Positions 1 to 13,842 are shown, counted from the first letter of the whole stretch. The stretch: DNA of 45,731 bases, filler included, from Catajapyx aquilonaris (GCA_000934665.2; 2 parts of 2 records of this genome joined end to end with filler, not necessarily neighbours in it); one strand, 5' to 3'. Notes: a model not told the origin generated them from the sequence alone. A program made the numbers and translations.

Positions 1-1352
1 TTGTCCTTTTTTATTTGCAGCCACCTGGCGGCATTTGCCGAAGCTCTTGGATTCGGCATCGGCTCGCCAACCTATGTGGATAATGAAATTATGCCTTCTA
101 GGCGTCCGGTAGCTCTGGGCTTCCGTACAAATCTCACGGAGATTATTATAACAATGGAAAGTTCAATAATGACGTGCATGTGAAGTATTTTTAACTGTTC
201 ATACTGTTCTCCCACCACCAACATGTTATATTTATATATCAAATGGAAGGTAATGCAGAGAAGAATAACATATGGTTACAAAATATTCGACCTAACTCGA
301 AAAACGACTGAAAGAAATTCGTAAATATATCGTGTAAATCACTCTATATTGCCGATAGCCGTAACTCATAACATTATGATTTTTAACAAAGTGATATTTA
401 GGATATATTATGGCAATCACCGTTGCCTAACTGCACATGCAAAATGTCATTGTGATTGGTCGCGCAGGGTTGGAAATATAAAAAAAAATCCCGAAAATAG
501 GAATCACCGCATTTTTCCGATTTTCGAGCTCAAAAAATGTCTCAAGGTGGGACTGGACCAATTATGAGTTTTGGTATGTCAATAGATTCCTTGGGTCATC
601 CCAGGGTACAGCCCGGTACAAGGTCACACAGCGAACGGGAGTGGAGTGGTGGAGACACCGTATTATATCCATCTTGTCGTGCATGCATGTTTTCCGATTC
701 TGATCAACATCATCCTGAGCAGTAAAAAGTGCAAAACCTGGGTTGGACTTGCAAAAGTGAAAGCGAGTGCAACCTGCTGCCTTTCATATCTCTAAAAATG
801 AAGGGTCTCAAATCAAAGGCGGCTAAGTCCATTTTTGGGGGGTGAAACCCAAATATGTCCACCAATAATGTATTTTAATGTCATTGGGTATTAATTGCAC
901 ATTTCCGTACGTAGCCGAGCCGTGGCAACATATGGACCACAAAAAGTTTCAAGATTGTACCAGTGAAAGTTAAGTAATCAGCAGTTTTTGCTCATTTTAC
1001 GACCCGTTTTTTTTACTTAGCCCTCAAATAGGCTCCAGTTTCATAAATTTTTGCTCATATTTTTACACTACCGTAATTAACCCGCATTATATCAATTCAA
1101 TTTCTGTTAATACACTTATCCGGAGGTTGGCCACCCTGAACAAGATGGCGGGTTAATTTGCTTTGGTACCAGAGGTGCCAGACGGTGCCAGTCGTGCCAG
1201 ATCCAATTAAACTAATTGAGAAACGCATCAAAATTTGTTGTAAATAGTCGGCCACTAAATTTACTAACTTTTCAGGGATGACTGGCTATTGGCCCTAGTA
1301 GGGGCAATAAATTGGGCAAAGTAATGTCTCCTGAATGTTTCGAAATACCCGA

Positions 1353-1513
1353 GCGCATGCGCAATTCGTCAGCGCCTCTCTTGTGTTATTTTTTCCACGT
1401 ATTTTTTTCTATCCGGTTTTCCTCGGGTTTTCCTCCTCCTAAAACCAGTTTGGTCGTCCAATTTCGGGGAAGGCGGCTGCCACTCTCTGCCAGTGGTGAG
1501 GTGACAGGTGAGT
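1353..1513 (+). promoter_or_regulatory. Putative promoter and non-coding first exon: NRF1/Ewg-type palindrome GCGCATGCGC followed by a consensus splice donor, probably of the F-box gene
   Basis: GCGCATGCGCA at 1353-1363; CAG|GTGAGT donor at 1508; the F-box ATG is preceded by an acceptor (ttttctttatag, exon starts 8395), implying an upstream UTR exon. Confidence 0.4.
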
Positions 1514-2161
1514 GATGGTAAAGATGAGTGGATGTATGGGGACCGTAAGGGTAGGTGGGGTTTCATTGCCACGCGTAGACCTTGCCACCTTGGCTACCAC
1601 ATGAATTCCAGAAGCCGTACATGGTGTTCCAAAATGTTTGCCCGATTGCTGTTGTGAAATTTTTGCACAGCTGCTTATTACAATTTACAAGGCAGTTACT
1701 CTGGAATTGTTGCTTTTAGTGGTTATCAATAACATTAACTATATAATATTATTAGGTAATGTGTATCCATCCTTTTCAAACCTGCAAGGGGATCTGGCAT
1801 GTGCAAAGTGTGTTCTGTCAGTGACATGCCATGGGCCATGCCAAACTGGAAATACTTTGCGGTGCAGTGCTTTGGATATATGTTATTACTCTTATTAGCA
1901 GCTAATAGTATTGATCATGAAAAGATCAGGAAAAGTAGCCACTTTAAAATAAGCATGCCAGATGGTCATAGTAGTGGGAAAAGTATTTTGGATCACCCTG
2001 ACATATGCAGAAGCAAGCGAAAATGTACCTAACTACCAGAAGTGGGACCACATAATTATGTGATGTTAAGTCGTTATTGTTGCATTAGTGATGGCATCAG
2101 TAACACAGGGATTCCGGGCTAACCTAGCCAAAGTGGCCCTGCAGTGATGGCATGTACTGTA

Positions 2162-2304
2162 CTATGGGGCTCAAATTGTTTTGGCCACTTTATCCTGGTC
2201 TTGAAGCAACCCTTCACACACACAAACCTGCTCACCATGGAGCTTGTTCGAAGGGTTGCCTCAAGACCAGGATAAAGTGGCCAAAACAATTTGAGTCCCA
2301 TTAG
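2162..2304. mobile_element. Tc1/mariner-type MITE with long terminal inverted repeats
   Basis: Arms ~2162-2215 and ~2250-2304 are near-perfect reverse complements; TA on both flanks. Confidence 0.8.
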
Positions 2305-2796
2305 TACAAGTTATACTCATGGTTTCATGCCTCCCAGTGCAGCAATCTTTCCCAATCAATTTAAAGTCATGCAAGTAACCACCTGTCGTGCAAAATACTC
2401 ATACTTGTATGTGTGGGAAAAAGAGCATACGTAAGTCAGAAAATTTGCAAATTCTGTTATGTGTCCTAGCTGTTATGCCAGTTATGGTCACAAGGAGTCC
2501 CTCTTGGTTCTGCCAGAAGGCTGCATGTCAAGCCCTAAAACCAGGCTAGGAAAAAAATGTGCAAGCAAGGGTAATTGTCATCTTTACAAGAAGTCCAGTA
2601 TTTAAGATAATCTGTTCTCCTGACAAATTAACTTTTTTGACTTATGCTCTTTTTCCCGCGCATCCGAGTATTGCCATGGCCACCAGAATTACTCTGAACA
2701 AATTGGCACAGAGGGTCTCTACAGGAGGCAACAAAACAGAAAGTGTGAGACTATAACAGAAGGTTTTTGCAAGTCAGTGTAGGTGATGGAGCATTA

Positions 2797-3000
2797 AGTT
2801 GCGTTTACATGTGAGTAATTTGATTGCGCGATGTCATCGCCGAGCGGTGCATCGATGAGTAACCCGAGTCACCAATATTGTTTGAGGTGAAAGTAACAAT
2901 AGATTTTCGCCTCAAGCAATACTGGTTACTCAGGTTACTCAGCGATGCACTGCTCGGCGATGACATGGCGTGATCAAATCGCTCACATGTAAAAGCACTT
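2797..3000. mobile_element. Palindromic MITE, PIF/Harbinger-like
   Basis: ~95-bp imperfect inverted arms (GCGTTTACATGTGAG...CTCACATGTAAAAGC) flanked by TTA on both sides. Confidence 0.7.
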
Positions 3001-3128
3001 TTATTGCTAGGTCACAAGATATTGCCGGTGTACAAGTGAAACACAATCAAGTCCAGTTTTGGCAGTTTGAGTAATATACCATTAACCCATTTATTCCTGA
3101 GGTTGATCTACTTTTGATATTTTAATTT

Positions 3129-3264
3129 TAATAATAATAATAGATAATAATTGATGATAATAATAAACATAATAATAATTGATGATAATAATAAACATAA
3201 TAATAATTGATGATAATAATAAACATAATAATAATTGATGATAATAATAAACATAATAATAAAC

Positions 3265-3331
<67 letters not shown>

Positions 3332-3335
3332 TGAT
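3129..3335. repeat. Compound (TAA)n microsatellite with ~30-bp variant units
   Basis: Directly visible. Confidence 0.95.
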
Positions 3336-3336
3336 G

Positions 3337-3795
<459 letters not shown>

Positions 3796-3798
3796 TAT

Positions 3799-4140
3799 AG
3801 GATTAGGAATGAGGAGATTTTGCAGAGGTGTAATGTTAAGGAGACTGTTAAAGATAAGGTGTGTATAGGTCTACTCTAAGGTGGTTTGGCCATGTGGAGA
3901 GGATGAAGGAGGAGGAGATTGTGGAGAAGGTTTATTTGGGTGGAGTAGTTGGTAAGAGGGGCAAGGGGAGATCTAGGAAGACATGGTTGGATCAGGTGGG
4001 TCAGTGTCTTAAGGGTGTTGCTAGTGTTAAGCCGAGACATTCATGTGTCAATAGGACCATAATATATGGACATGGATGAGGCTAAGGTTGTTTGTTTGGA
4101 GCGAGATAGGCGTAAATGGCGTAGGTTAATTAATGGCTAG
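3799..4140 (+). mobile_element. 5'-truncated RTE-clade LINE, C-terminal end of the RT ORF
   Basis: Translates to RIRNEEILQRC...LRWFGHVERM..GKRGKGRSRKTWLDQV, typical of the RTE C-terminus; frameshift near 3860. Confidence 0.8.
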
Positions 4141-5809
4141 AATGTTTGCAGGTTGGTGGGAGGAGTCGGCGTCTGGAAGTTCATACTCGGGCTCTGGGTG
4201 CTGTGCAGAACTACAGTACAAGTTTGGCAAATATCTCTTGCACAGTAATGCATAGGTTGACACCGGTATAGTCATGCTTGCAAGGGTATCTGCCTCTCTC
4301 TGTCCTGCACAGCACTTGGAGTTCAGGTGTGGATTTCCGTATGCTGGTTCTTCTCGCTGGCCTGTGGGTGTTCTGGTCGTTTGGAGAAGAATATTGTAGT
4401 CACTTGGAGGAATTTAACAGTTGCTGATTCCTCTTCCAGGGGGGTGGGGGGGGGGGGGCTTGATTTCCCAAAGTACCACGTTGTATAGTGTAATATTTAA
4501 ATTTAATATTGAGTGTTTGTCGTCTGAGATGGCAGGGTTGGGGGGCGGTACGGGTTGTTTATAGGTTTATTTTTACAAGTGAATACATGAATTTCCAAAG
4601 GGCCCAAGTCGTCTGTTTGGGCAAAACTGAGGTAAGACCGGAGATCTGTTCACAGTACCGGGCTGCATATGTATGCTGCATAGGAAGGCCCAAGTCCCAT
4701 TCGAACAGGAGGAAAATGGCATTGGGAAATTTCGATGTTTGGAGAAAGGGCAAAACATATTGTAGAACGACGGGCAGACGGCGATAGTGGGAAGCATGAG
4801 CTGGGTAAGTTATTAGCTGCATGAAACTGATGAAAGGACATCACAAAAATAGCAGGTATGGCCTGCAGTAGTACCTGCAAAATATAATTTCATGATGTCC
4901 ATGTACTGCACAATGCAATGCATTAGAAGGTGGTATTGACTTCAATATTAGTCTAGGAATGCTGAGGCTACCTCTTGTGTTATCCAGGATTCCATATCCA
5001 CTTAATGTTTTTCCAAAGGGCCCAAGTCAGGCTCTTAATTTTATTTATAATTAGCACACTGTTCGTCGTATGGTGTTCATATTGCTTCAACGCAACCGTT
5101 TTTAGATATGGTTCATTGTGTTAAAATCCCAACTGCCAGGCAGTAATTGTCACTTCATAGCCAAAGTACCTTTAGGTTTACGCCTTATTGCAGAGATGAG
5201 TAAACCACTCAACTTTTGAACATTCAGCAGTAATCCAGAGAATAATATCTGCATTCGTTAGTATATGATATTTTAATAATATTTTAAGGCATGTGTCAGA
5301 AGGCGGAAACTAATATTTAAAAAAATAGTTCAGCGTTAAATTTTAATTACAACAGAAGTTACAAGACGTCCTATACTATATAGAACGCTATAGGACAATC
5401 AGTATAATTTTTTCTCCACTCATTGCTTCACTTTACATGCAATACAATGTGGCAGTTCTCACAATCGAATTCTCACACACAGTGCTGGTAGCAATGATGG
5501 AATTGTATTATACCCCAATCATTCAGGTATTTCAGTCCATTATATCGAGTCGCATCAATTTCTCGGAGGCCTCTCTCTTTTTTCATCTTGGAAAGTATGG
5601 GTCCCAAGTTTCACTATGTAACACTACAGCTATACACGGACAACAAGGTGATCTAAAATACTTCTCCGATTGCTGTGGCTGTTGTTGGCACTAATCTATA
5701 CATAATTTAAGCATTACTTTATTGGCTATCGAAAGTATTAGTGGATTGTAGGACACCATTGTTTCCCTTGCTACCATTCGCCACTCATAATGGCCAGTGA
5801 TGGGGAGTA

Positions 5810-5929
5810 ATAATAATAATCCAGGGTAGGGCTTGACCTCATCTGAGGTATGTAGCACGGACCTTTATTTATTATGGTAAGTAGGCTACATTAGAGCCTT
5901 TATACGAAACGCCCGGGCCCACGGGCAGA
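5810..5929 (-). mobile_element. 5'-truncated SINE (family 2 3' end) inserted into the left hAT TIR
   Basis: 14-bp TSD AGTGATGGGGAGTA at 5796-5809 and 5930-5943; GCCCGGGCCCACGGGCAG is shared with the 7830-8205 copy. Confidence 0.85.
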
Positions 5930-5986
5930 AGTGATGGGGAGTATCTAGATACTGTATCTAGATACCAAAATGAGTATCTTTTATCT

Positions 5987-6137
5987 TATCTAGATAATTT
6001 GAAGTTTGTGTATCTATACTTGTATCTAGATAATTTGAAGTTTGTGTATCTATACTTGTATCTAGATAATTTGAAGTTTGTGTATCTATACTTGTATCTA
6101 GATAATTTGAAGTTTGTGTATCTATACTTGTATCTAG
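5987..6137. repeat. 36-bp tandem repeat x4 inside the hAT element
   Basis: Unit TATCTAGATAATTTGAAGTTTGTGTATCTATACTTG, four perfect copies. Confidence 0.95.
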
Positions 6138-7306
6138 CTACTTTACACATAGCATCTGATGGCATCACCAGATACTTTTCCAGATATTTTTAGCCGATTT
6201 TCTGATGAAAACGTGATTCCCCTACACAGAAATAAATGCAGTAATGCACCGTTCCGCACTGGGGGTCAAATTTACACTCCAAGACGGAACAGATTGAGTG
6301 ATGAGCATTTTGAGGCCCTTCTCATAATGAAGTGTTGTATGCACATGATATTGCTTAGTGGTGCTGGTGGAATCATCCCTTAGCTATAGTTAGCTTCTGG
6401 CTTTTGTCTGTGAGCACTGCTCAGTGCTCACAGACAATATTACTGTACAAAGTTTAATTTTTCATTACCAGACTGCATAATAAAACATTGTAAAATTGAT
6501 AGCACTCATAGCAGTAGATTGTAGAGTAGCTTATTATACTACAGTGCCAAATGAATAAACTATTTAACTTTACATAATTATATGTTTCAATCCACAGTGA
6601 ACCAGAGTATAATATGTTATTGAGGATGACAAATAGTCAAAAGAAATATATTCGCACATGCCTGCGAGTCAGTATATCGTATATGGAGTTGTATGGAAGG
6701 TATCTGAAATGGTATCTTATCTATTATCTAGATACAATGTTGAACGAGTATCTAGTACAGTATCTAGATGGAAATATTTCCAAGTATCTATTATCTTATC
6801 TAGATACTTTTTGAAAGTATCTTCCCCATCACTGAAATGGCCAACAATGTAAATTTTGTATGGTGTGGCTTGCCACAACCTTTCTTGCAACAGTCACACA
6901 CTGTATTTATTTTTCAACACTATAGAAGTATTTATAATTCAAAGAAATAAAAATAGTTACTCGTGTGCGCCCTATTGTGCCAATTCTGAAATTGGCAAAT
7001 TTCCCAACATTCAACTTGTATTGGTGGCTGATGCAATCACAGAAATGTGATATATCTGCATTCTCCCATGAGAGTAGACTTTCATGAAGAAGTTCAACAC
7101 CCTTAATCTGTGATTTATATCCTCATTGGGGAGGATGTATTTTAGTCAGCATGTGTCATGTATTCAGCCATGGAACATGTACCGCTGTCCCAAGAGCTGA
7201 AAGTTGCATTATTAGCTCAGACAACTCTAGACGTGCAACTTGTAGAGAACTCATGCACTTATACCTGAATAGTGAACGATTATTTGTTCTTTTTCTTCCC
7301 TGTATC

Positions 7307-7308
<2 letters not shown>

Positions 7309-7359
<51 letters not shown>

Positions 7360-7631
7360 TCATACCCCGTTATCAGCCATCAGCTCTTTAGAGGGGAAGT
7401 TTGTTTTTGCCTGGAACTCTTTGCTTTTCATTTTACTGTGCTCTTTGGGATAGGATAGGGACGGAAAGAAGCGGCTGTGGCATATTAATTACGGAAGCAA
7501 CTCCGCAATTTTCCTGGAAGGACCGTGGAAACCACAGAAAACCATGGTCAGAGTTGCCGGCCCCGGGATTTGATCCCAGGACCTCCCGATTAGCAGTCGG
7601 ACACCATATCCCCTCCTCCAAACTGCTTTGG
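7309..7631 (-). mobile_element. tRNA-derived SINE, family 3
   Basis: Degenerate B box GGATCAAATCCC on the minus strand; (ATT)n tail; 16-bp TSD TTCTTC(C/T)CTGTATCAT at 7293-7308 and 7632-7647. Confidence 0.8.
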
Positions 7632-7829
7632 TTCTTCTCTGTATCATGTTGATGAATTGTTGCTATCCATATACTGTAGCCCCATGCTGTAGCCTATTAT
7701 GTGCCTGCCTCTCTCCCCTTAATGACATTTGTCCATGGGGTACCCCATGATATTTTAAAAATATATTGTAAGTTGTACTGCTGACATTGTTAAGAGTCCT
7801 TAGATAAGTCGCCCATTGTGACATCAGTA

Positions 7830-7841
7830 GTAGTAGTAGTA

Positions 7842-7900
<59 letters not shown>

Positions 7901-8205
7901 CTGGGTAGTGGTTGGACCCCTGCGGGGTATTGCATAAACCTTTATTATTACTTGTACACGACTTGGAACCTTTACGAAGTGCCCGGGCCCACGGGCAGGG
8001 ATGAGTGGGAGGGGATGTGCAGTGTGCAGTGCAATGTCTATAAAGTAGTACATTATGTGATCTCCCCCTCGTTAGTCTGAGGAGTCCCACCCAAGACGAC
8101 TCAACTCTGCATGAGATGAAGGGGGGAAAGCCTGACCTTGGGATCGAACCCGGGACCCTTACATCCGTGGGTGCAAAAGTTACCGCAGCTCCACTCCGCC
8201 TCCCC
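7830..8205 (-). mobile_element. tRNA-derived SINE, family 2
   Basis: B box GGTTCGATCCC on the minus strand; (ATT)n/(ACT)n tail; perfect 14-bp TSD TTGTGACATCAGTA at 7816-7829 and 8206-8219. Confidence 0.9.
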
Positions 8206-8409
8206 TTGTGACATCAGTACTATCATGAGGATGCGTCCATTAGAGTGTCTTTTTACTGATTTGTCTGGTCATGGCTCATGGGCTGAAGGGTGCAGAGTCA
8301 ACATTAGTATCTGTCAAACATTTACATTACCAAGCAGCTGCTGTTCTTCACTGACTCGCTAAGCAGTGATTCTGCATCTGACTTTTCTTTATAGGCTATT
8401 GGACAAAAC

Positions 8410-10386
8410 ATGCCTCGCCAGCCTACTTTCTCCAACCTTGCAGAGGAGTTAAAGATCCACATATTTTCCTTTCTGGATACTGGAGACAAGATCAGGCGGG
8501 CTTCCCTTGTGTGCAAGGAATGGAACCATCTCATGGACACGCCTTCTCTTTGGACATCTCTGGAGCTGTCAGGCAGAAGGGTCACAGCCATAGAAGCCGC
8601 TGACATTGTAGCAAATAAGCTTTGCTTGAAGACTTTGGTCCTGAAGGACTTTACAGAAGGTGCTGACCACGTGCTTCGGTCTGCTGCTGTATCCTGCAAT
8701 CGCCTGAAAGTGCTGGAATTGGTAAGGTTTGCACTTTAATAAAAAACTTTTTTCATTCATTCATTCATACGAGCAACTCCCTCTCTTTTCACGTGCACGA
8801 AACGAGTCCCCTATCCCTGGATGTGGAGCCCTGTACCAAATCGAATTCTGGCGTACGACTTCTGAACCATTCTGAACATACCTAAATTGTAAATTCCCAT
8901 TCAGCTCCAGTTTGCAGATCCACCGCACCAGCCACCCGAATGCGATTTTGACCATTCCAAATCACATTCGGGTGGCTGGTAGTTGGTTCTGTGGAGGAGG
9001 GCTGAATGGGAATTAACAAGTTAGGTAGGTTCAGAATCGTTCAGAAGTCTTCCGCCCAAATTTGATTTGGTGCGGGACTCCACATCCGGGGATAGGGGAC
9101 TTGCTAAGCCCACGGCTTTCCCCATATAGCTAGGTAGGAAGTTGCAGAGGGCTGATTCATACATTCATATACATCACGGCTTTTCCCAAATGTTGTGGTG
9201 CCAGAGGATAATGAGGAGGAGGTCCTTGTTACCCTCACATGACCAAAACGTTTTGATGGAGAATAATGGAGCATTAAGTCTAGGAGACATGTATGGGCCT
9301 TGTTACCTGCAAGTGATGGAATATTATTAACTCTTGTTTCCTCTGACTGTAATTAAAAGGGTTGCTTTTTCAAAGAGCAAGCATCAAACCCTCCAAAAAA
9401 CTTGATAAGTTACATGACTGGAAGTGAGAGAGTAATGACTGGATTATACTAGTTAGGTGAACAGTTTATAATTTGTACTGATGCGTCATGGCAATTAACT
9501 GAAGACCTGCTTCATTTTTTAAATTATATAATCTTGTTGATATGCAATGCAAGGATGATGTTACTCTTTCCAGGTCAGGATCATCAAACTTGATTCCAAG
9601 ACATTGAACATGGTGGCGGACAGATTTCCCCAAATTGAAGAGGTTGTTTTTTTTGGCCACCATGAGCCTGGAGGTTCTGCATTCTTTGCAGACATCTTTG
9701 CTGGCACCAAGCTGGTCACATACAGTGGAACTTGCAAGATTCGTTTGCCAATTGATCCACCGAAACATTGTCTCTCTCATGTTACATGCCCGCTTGACGA
9801 GGAAGAAGAATGGCCATTTCTGATGAGATATGGGGGAATAGTTGACTACCTTGAGATCCTGTCAGTAGATGGGATGTGTCGCCAGCAATCATACAGGCAT
9901 ATGTTGCCTCAGGATACCACAAGTGTGGCCATCATGTTAGGGCGAGAAAGTGAACCCTGCCCAAGCTTGCTCACTCAAGTCAAGACGCTCAGCAACCTGA
10001 GGGAATTACGGTTTAATATAACTTATATGGTTAGTGATAGAGGCTTTCCTGACAGGTGTGGCAGTGTGATTCTGCCATTCCTGAGCAGTGTCTTGTCGCG
10101 AAGGCAGTTCCCATACTTAACCAAGATCAACCTGTTCAACCTACCTACCATAGATGACACCTTTGCTCGTATGATTGCTTACAATTGTGCCAATCTCACT
10201 ACAGTGATTCTAAATTACACATCCATCACCATGTCTGGGCTTGTGGACATTGTTAAGCATTGCACGAAACTTCAAGTCCTTAGTGTCAAAGACCCTCAGC
10301 AAAATTTGACCCACTCAGACATACGCTTCCTGTGTAACATTCGGAAAGGTCTGATATTCAGGCGATGCTGGGGACTGGGTTCATGA
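8410..10386 (+). CDS. F-box/LRR-repeat (FBXL-like) protein, join(8410..8721,9574..10386), 374 aa
   Basis: N-terminal F-box (FSNLAEELKIHIFSFLD..RASLVCKEWNHLMDTPSLW); cysteine-containing LRRs (IAYNCANLTTVILNYTSITMSGLVDIVKHCTKLQVL); phase-0 GT-AG intron joins the frames; AATAAA at 10467. Confidence 0.85.
8805..9101. mobile_element. ~300-bp palindromic MITE in the F-box gene intron
   Basis: Left half AGTCCCCTATCCCTGGATGTGGAG... is the imperfect reverse complement of the right half ...CTCCACATCCGGGGATAGGGGACT. Confidence 0.8.
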
Positions 10387-10616
10387 AGTTATTGATTGTC
10401 TGGAGGAAGTTTTGGAATTCCTACGAGTTTACCCCTTCTAATAGCCCGAAAGAAGTGGCAGTAGTCAATAAAATGATAAAGAGACCAATATATTATCGTT
10501 ACTACTATTACAGAGTGTACGGGAAGTATCGGGGGAAGCTAAATTTGTAATTTTTAACATAAAAAGTATATGATGCTCACGAAATAGACGTAATGGGAGG
10601 GGAGAGAGTAAATGAA

Positions 10617-11125
10617 TTATTGTGAGAGTCCCATATCAGGTGAAAGATCAGTATAGTACGTATAACGAGGCAAAACTTGTATGTGCGCCCTGTCGAGCTC
10701 CGGCGATGTAATTATGTGATTTTTGACTAAAGCTTGTTTGTTTGTGAAACCTTCATTCAGCAACCATTCTTTCCAAGAAAAATCCGCTCTCCAAAACAAT
10801 TCCTTAACCAATCTCAACCACTGGAGCTCGACCTGTAAATTGAGAAGCCACCTCAGTGCCCTCGTACTCCATCTATCTTCCGGTAAAACTATAGTTTTTA
10901 TCAAAAAAGTTAGGAGATGTTTAAATATGTTCACTGATAATTTCAATCTCTCAGTCTCCAGCCAGGCAAAATACCCTGCTGTGTTCTTAGGGAGAGTCAA
11001 AAACTTTTTGATAAAGTAAGTCTGTATCCTCTCAACCTCGTCCAATCGGTCCAGCGCCCAAAAAGAAGCACCATAGAGTGAGACGGGAATAATTTTGGTA
11101 TCGAAAAGTTTGAATCCCGTTCTTA
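10617..11125 (-). mobile_element. Non-LTR retrotransposon fragment (RT C-terminal region, RTEX/CR1-like)
   Basis: FDTKIIPVSLYGASFWALDRLDEVERIQTYFIKKFLTLPKNTAGY..LETER resembles the LINE post-RT motif LYG...W...IE.IQ..F.K..L. Confidence 0.7.
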
Positions 11126-11715
11126 TGTCTCTTATTTTTAGATTTGTTAATGTAGGCCAAGAGCATTTATCGATGCAAATGCCTTTGTTAAAAAATGCTG
11201 TGTCACCTGGGTGGTTTGCGTGGAGGCTGCAAATGGAACTCCCAAATATTTATATTCTGGAACTGCACATGTCGTACATTATTAGAGTGCTTAGAGCCCT
11301 CAGCCAGAGTGTGAAGTGAGCCAGATTCTTGCCTGTTTCATCATTGAACATATTAGTCCCTTCGTTGTAATTTTAGTATTTTACACCTAATTTGGAACAT
11401 CAAACTGTTCAATTGCAGTCATATCAGCTGTGATGAAGCTGTTGGTGCTCATTTTCTCTCTCGTATTCATTGCAGGTGGTTTTGTTTGGAATATTTTTTG
11501 TGCGCTTGCATGTGGTGCTGTTGTTGACACTATTTACTATAGCTTCATTGGAATTGTGATAGGCCTACATTGTTTCAGTACTTGTACTTCAAAGTAGCAA
11601 AAAAGTTGTTGCATTTAAAAATCAAAATTGCCATTGATCTGAAGTGTGGTCTGTATCATGCTACTTTTCTTCACTAAAAATGGGCTACATTTGTAAAACC
11701 ATTTGACCACAATTG

Positions 11716-12070
11716 TTTTTTTTTTATTATTATGTACCCCGTTGTGGGCCTAAGCCCTATAGGGGGGTGGCACACCACCATCAGTTTTCTCAGTGTATTT
11801 ACACTTTTTTTCTTCATTCACCGGTGCAAGGAGTCAAGGATGTCGGGTAGGGGTAGGGATTTTTTTGGGGAGGGAACATAGGTGCAAGTGCAATGTCTAC
11901 AAATGGGTCATGTGCTGTCCCCCAGGAGGTTAGGTTGCCAGACACCTCCTTGGTGCAGGTCAGAGACCCTCCTGACGCAGGTGAAAGGAAAGTTCCCCAG
12001 GCGGGGATCGAACCTGGGGCCTTTCACTCAGCAAGCCGAGACGTTACCATCACGGCCACCACACCTCCCC
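11716..12070 (-). mobile_element. tRNA-derived SINE, family 1 (full length, recent)
   Basis: Perfect 15-bp TSD ATTTGACCACAATTG at 11701-11715 and 12071-12085; near-identical to the 3337 copy; A-rich tail. Confidence 0.92.
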
Positions 12071-13403
12071 ATTTGACCACAATTGCACCTGCCAATAACT
12101 GGCATGAAATTAACACAATATTAATTTTTCGCTGGTACGCACTGTAACATAACACTGGACATTTGGCCACCCAGCCCAAGACAAAGGATAATTTGCAGTG
12201 GTAAAATTTAGGTTAGAAATGTGCCAGAATGATTGAAACACAAATCTCCCATTTTCAATCTGAGCAAGTCCAGTTTTCAGCCTTTTGCATGAGGCTGTGG
12301 CATTTCTCAGTCTTTGGTGCCAAAGTTTCATAAAAATTATCATCGCCCTCACTAATTTAGGTACAAAAGGTTTAGGTATATAACTACTAACCTTTATTAG
12401 TAGCCTGAGCCCCGAGGGGTATACATTTTAGCCCGTAATATTATCAAACGCGGCCAAATAATGGTACAATTCATTACTTGGTTCATCGCTTTCTAACAAA
12501 ATGCAAACGTCACCATGGTAACGCACTTGTAATATTGTTGAATTATTGAATTATAAGGACACACCACAACATGAGACTCACCATTTACAACTCTTGGTAA
12601 ATCTCTACTTATTGCCCTGCATATGTGCTCCTGTTGGTGGTACAACTCCATTCATGCACTTTTAGTGCAAGGACACTATTGTCACACGGTAGGATCTGCA
12701 ATCTTGGTGAGCATTATTAGAACAATGTGATATTGACCCCATTTTTCATTGGTTTGCAGGATATAACCCTAGTCATAAGATAACGACAGGAGAAGTGGAG
12801 AATTTGTGCAACCGACTTGACTATCCTCAGACAAGCTTTTCCAGACATAGAAAGGTTTCTTGGACCTTTGAGACATCAAGCGTGATTTAATTCTAGTCCC
12901 TGGTGTCATAAATAAATCGTCACAGCCTGCTCGAAAGACACCATGTATTCCACTCCTATGCGTTCTAGCCCTGGACGGAGTACAGGCTTCTGGAAAGGTT
13001 CACCTAAACACCGGCACCATGTGGCACACGGAAATTTCTATGAGGAGCCTTTAGGTTGGTTAGTCTAACTGATAGTAATAAGTAGCCCTACTAATAATAA
13101 GTATAAAGAATGTTCCAAGCTGTAGAGCGGCATTGGCTGGTCAGCCCTTAACACCCCTTTAAAGTAGTTGAAAGCAAGTAGGATACTATTATTATGACGA
13201 GGACAGTCATTGATAGAATAACATAGATAATGATCACTTGGAAATAACAAAATGCTTCCAACTACTAACCTAGCTAATTCAGAAGCACACCCACGATGAC
13301 AATACGAAAGTCCATCTTTCATGCCCTTACATAATTATTGGGACTATGCAATATCATATTGTTAGTCCCAACACAAAAAGGGACTTTGACCCGGTTGAAC
13401 TCC

Positions 13404-13514
13404 GCCTCTAGGAAAATTTTCCGGCAAGAAAAGACTCAGAATAATTTTTGTTAAATTGTTGACAACAATGAATAAGACACGTTACGCGTACTGTCAAACT
13501 ATTTTCCTGGAGGC
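13404..13514. mobile_element. Possible small MITE
   Basis: 14-bp inverted termini GCCTCTAGGAAAAT / ATTTTCCTGGAGGC (1 mismatch). Confidence 0.35.
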
Positions 13515-13842
13515 AGCACCACCTAACAAATTGGAGATTTCATCCCTAATTTGTCTCCATACAACCTGTCTTTAGTTCTGCAGTTCGATGTTATCAACCG
13601 TTGGTCACATGTAGGCCTATGATAATAATCATATGATTAATAATATTATCCTCACAGGAATATTTCGAGTACCTTTCACCAAGTGATATGCCTATGCGAA
13701 TTCCACAAAATAATGCGATTTGGCACTCGCATCGAATTATTTTTTGAATGGAAGCTCATAACTATACTACTACAACCGTATACAAGCAATAATCATATTA
13801 TCACATCTTTTGACTTTTTGCATCTCCCATCGGAAAATAACA

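Larger units (their letters stand above)
5795..6834 (+). mobile_element. Non-autonomous hAT DNA transposon
   Basis: TIRs CAGTGATGGGGA (5795) / TCCCCATCACTG (ends 6834); imperfect TSD (aatggc core); subterminal TATCTAGATA palindromes; remnant of the hAT C-terminal dimerization domain (GGQIYTPRRNRLSDEHFEALLIMK, ~6255-6335). Confidence 0.85.

Noticed and set aside
1..1300. Short ORFs and TE-like AT-rich sequence with GTGCCAG repeats
   Set aside because: No recognisable protein motif, TIR pair or TSD within the window; probably repeat-derived but not classifiable
4509..4880. Overlapping 74-92 aa ORFs and an 18-bp repeat TTCCAAAGGGCCCAAGTC
   Set aside because: No identifiable domain or splice-supported model; likely decayed TE
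5987..6137. 36-bp repeats of CRISPR-like length
   Set aside because: No spacers, perfectly tandem, and inside a eukaryotic hAT element
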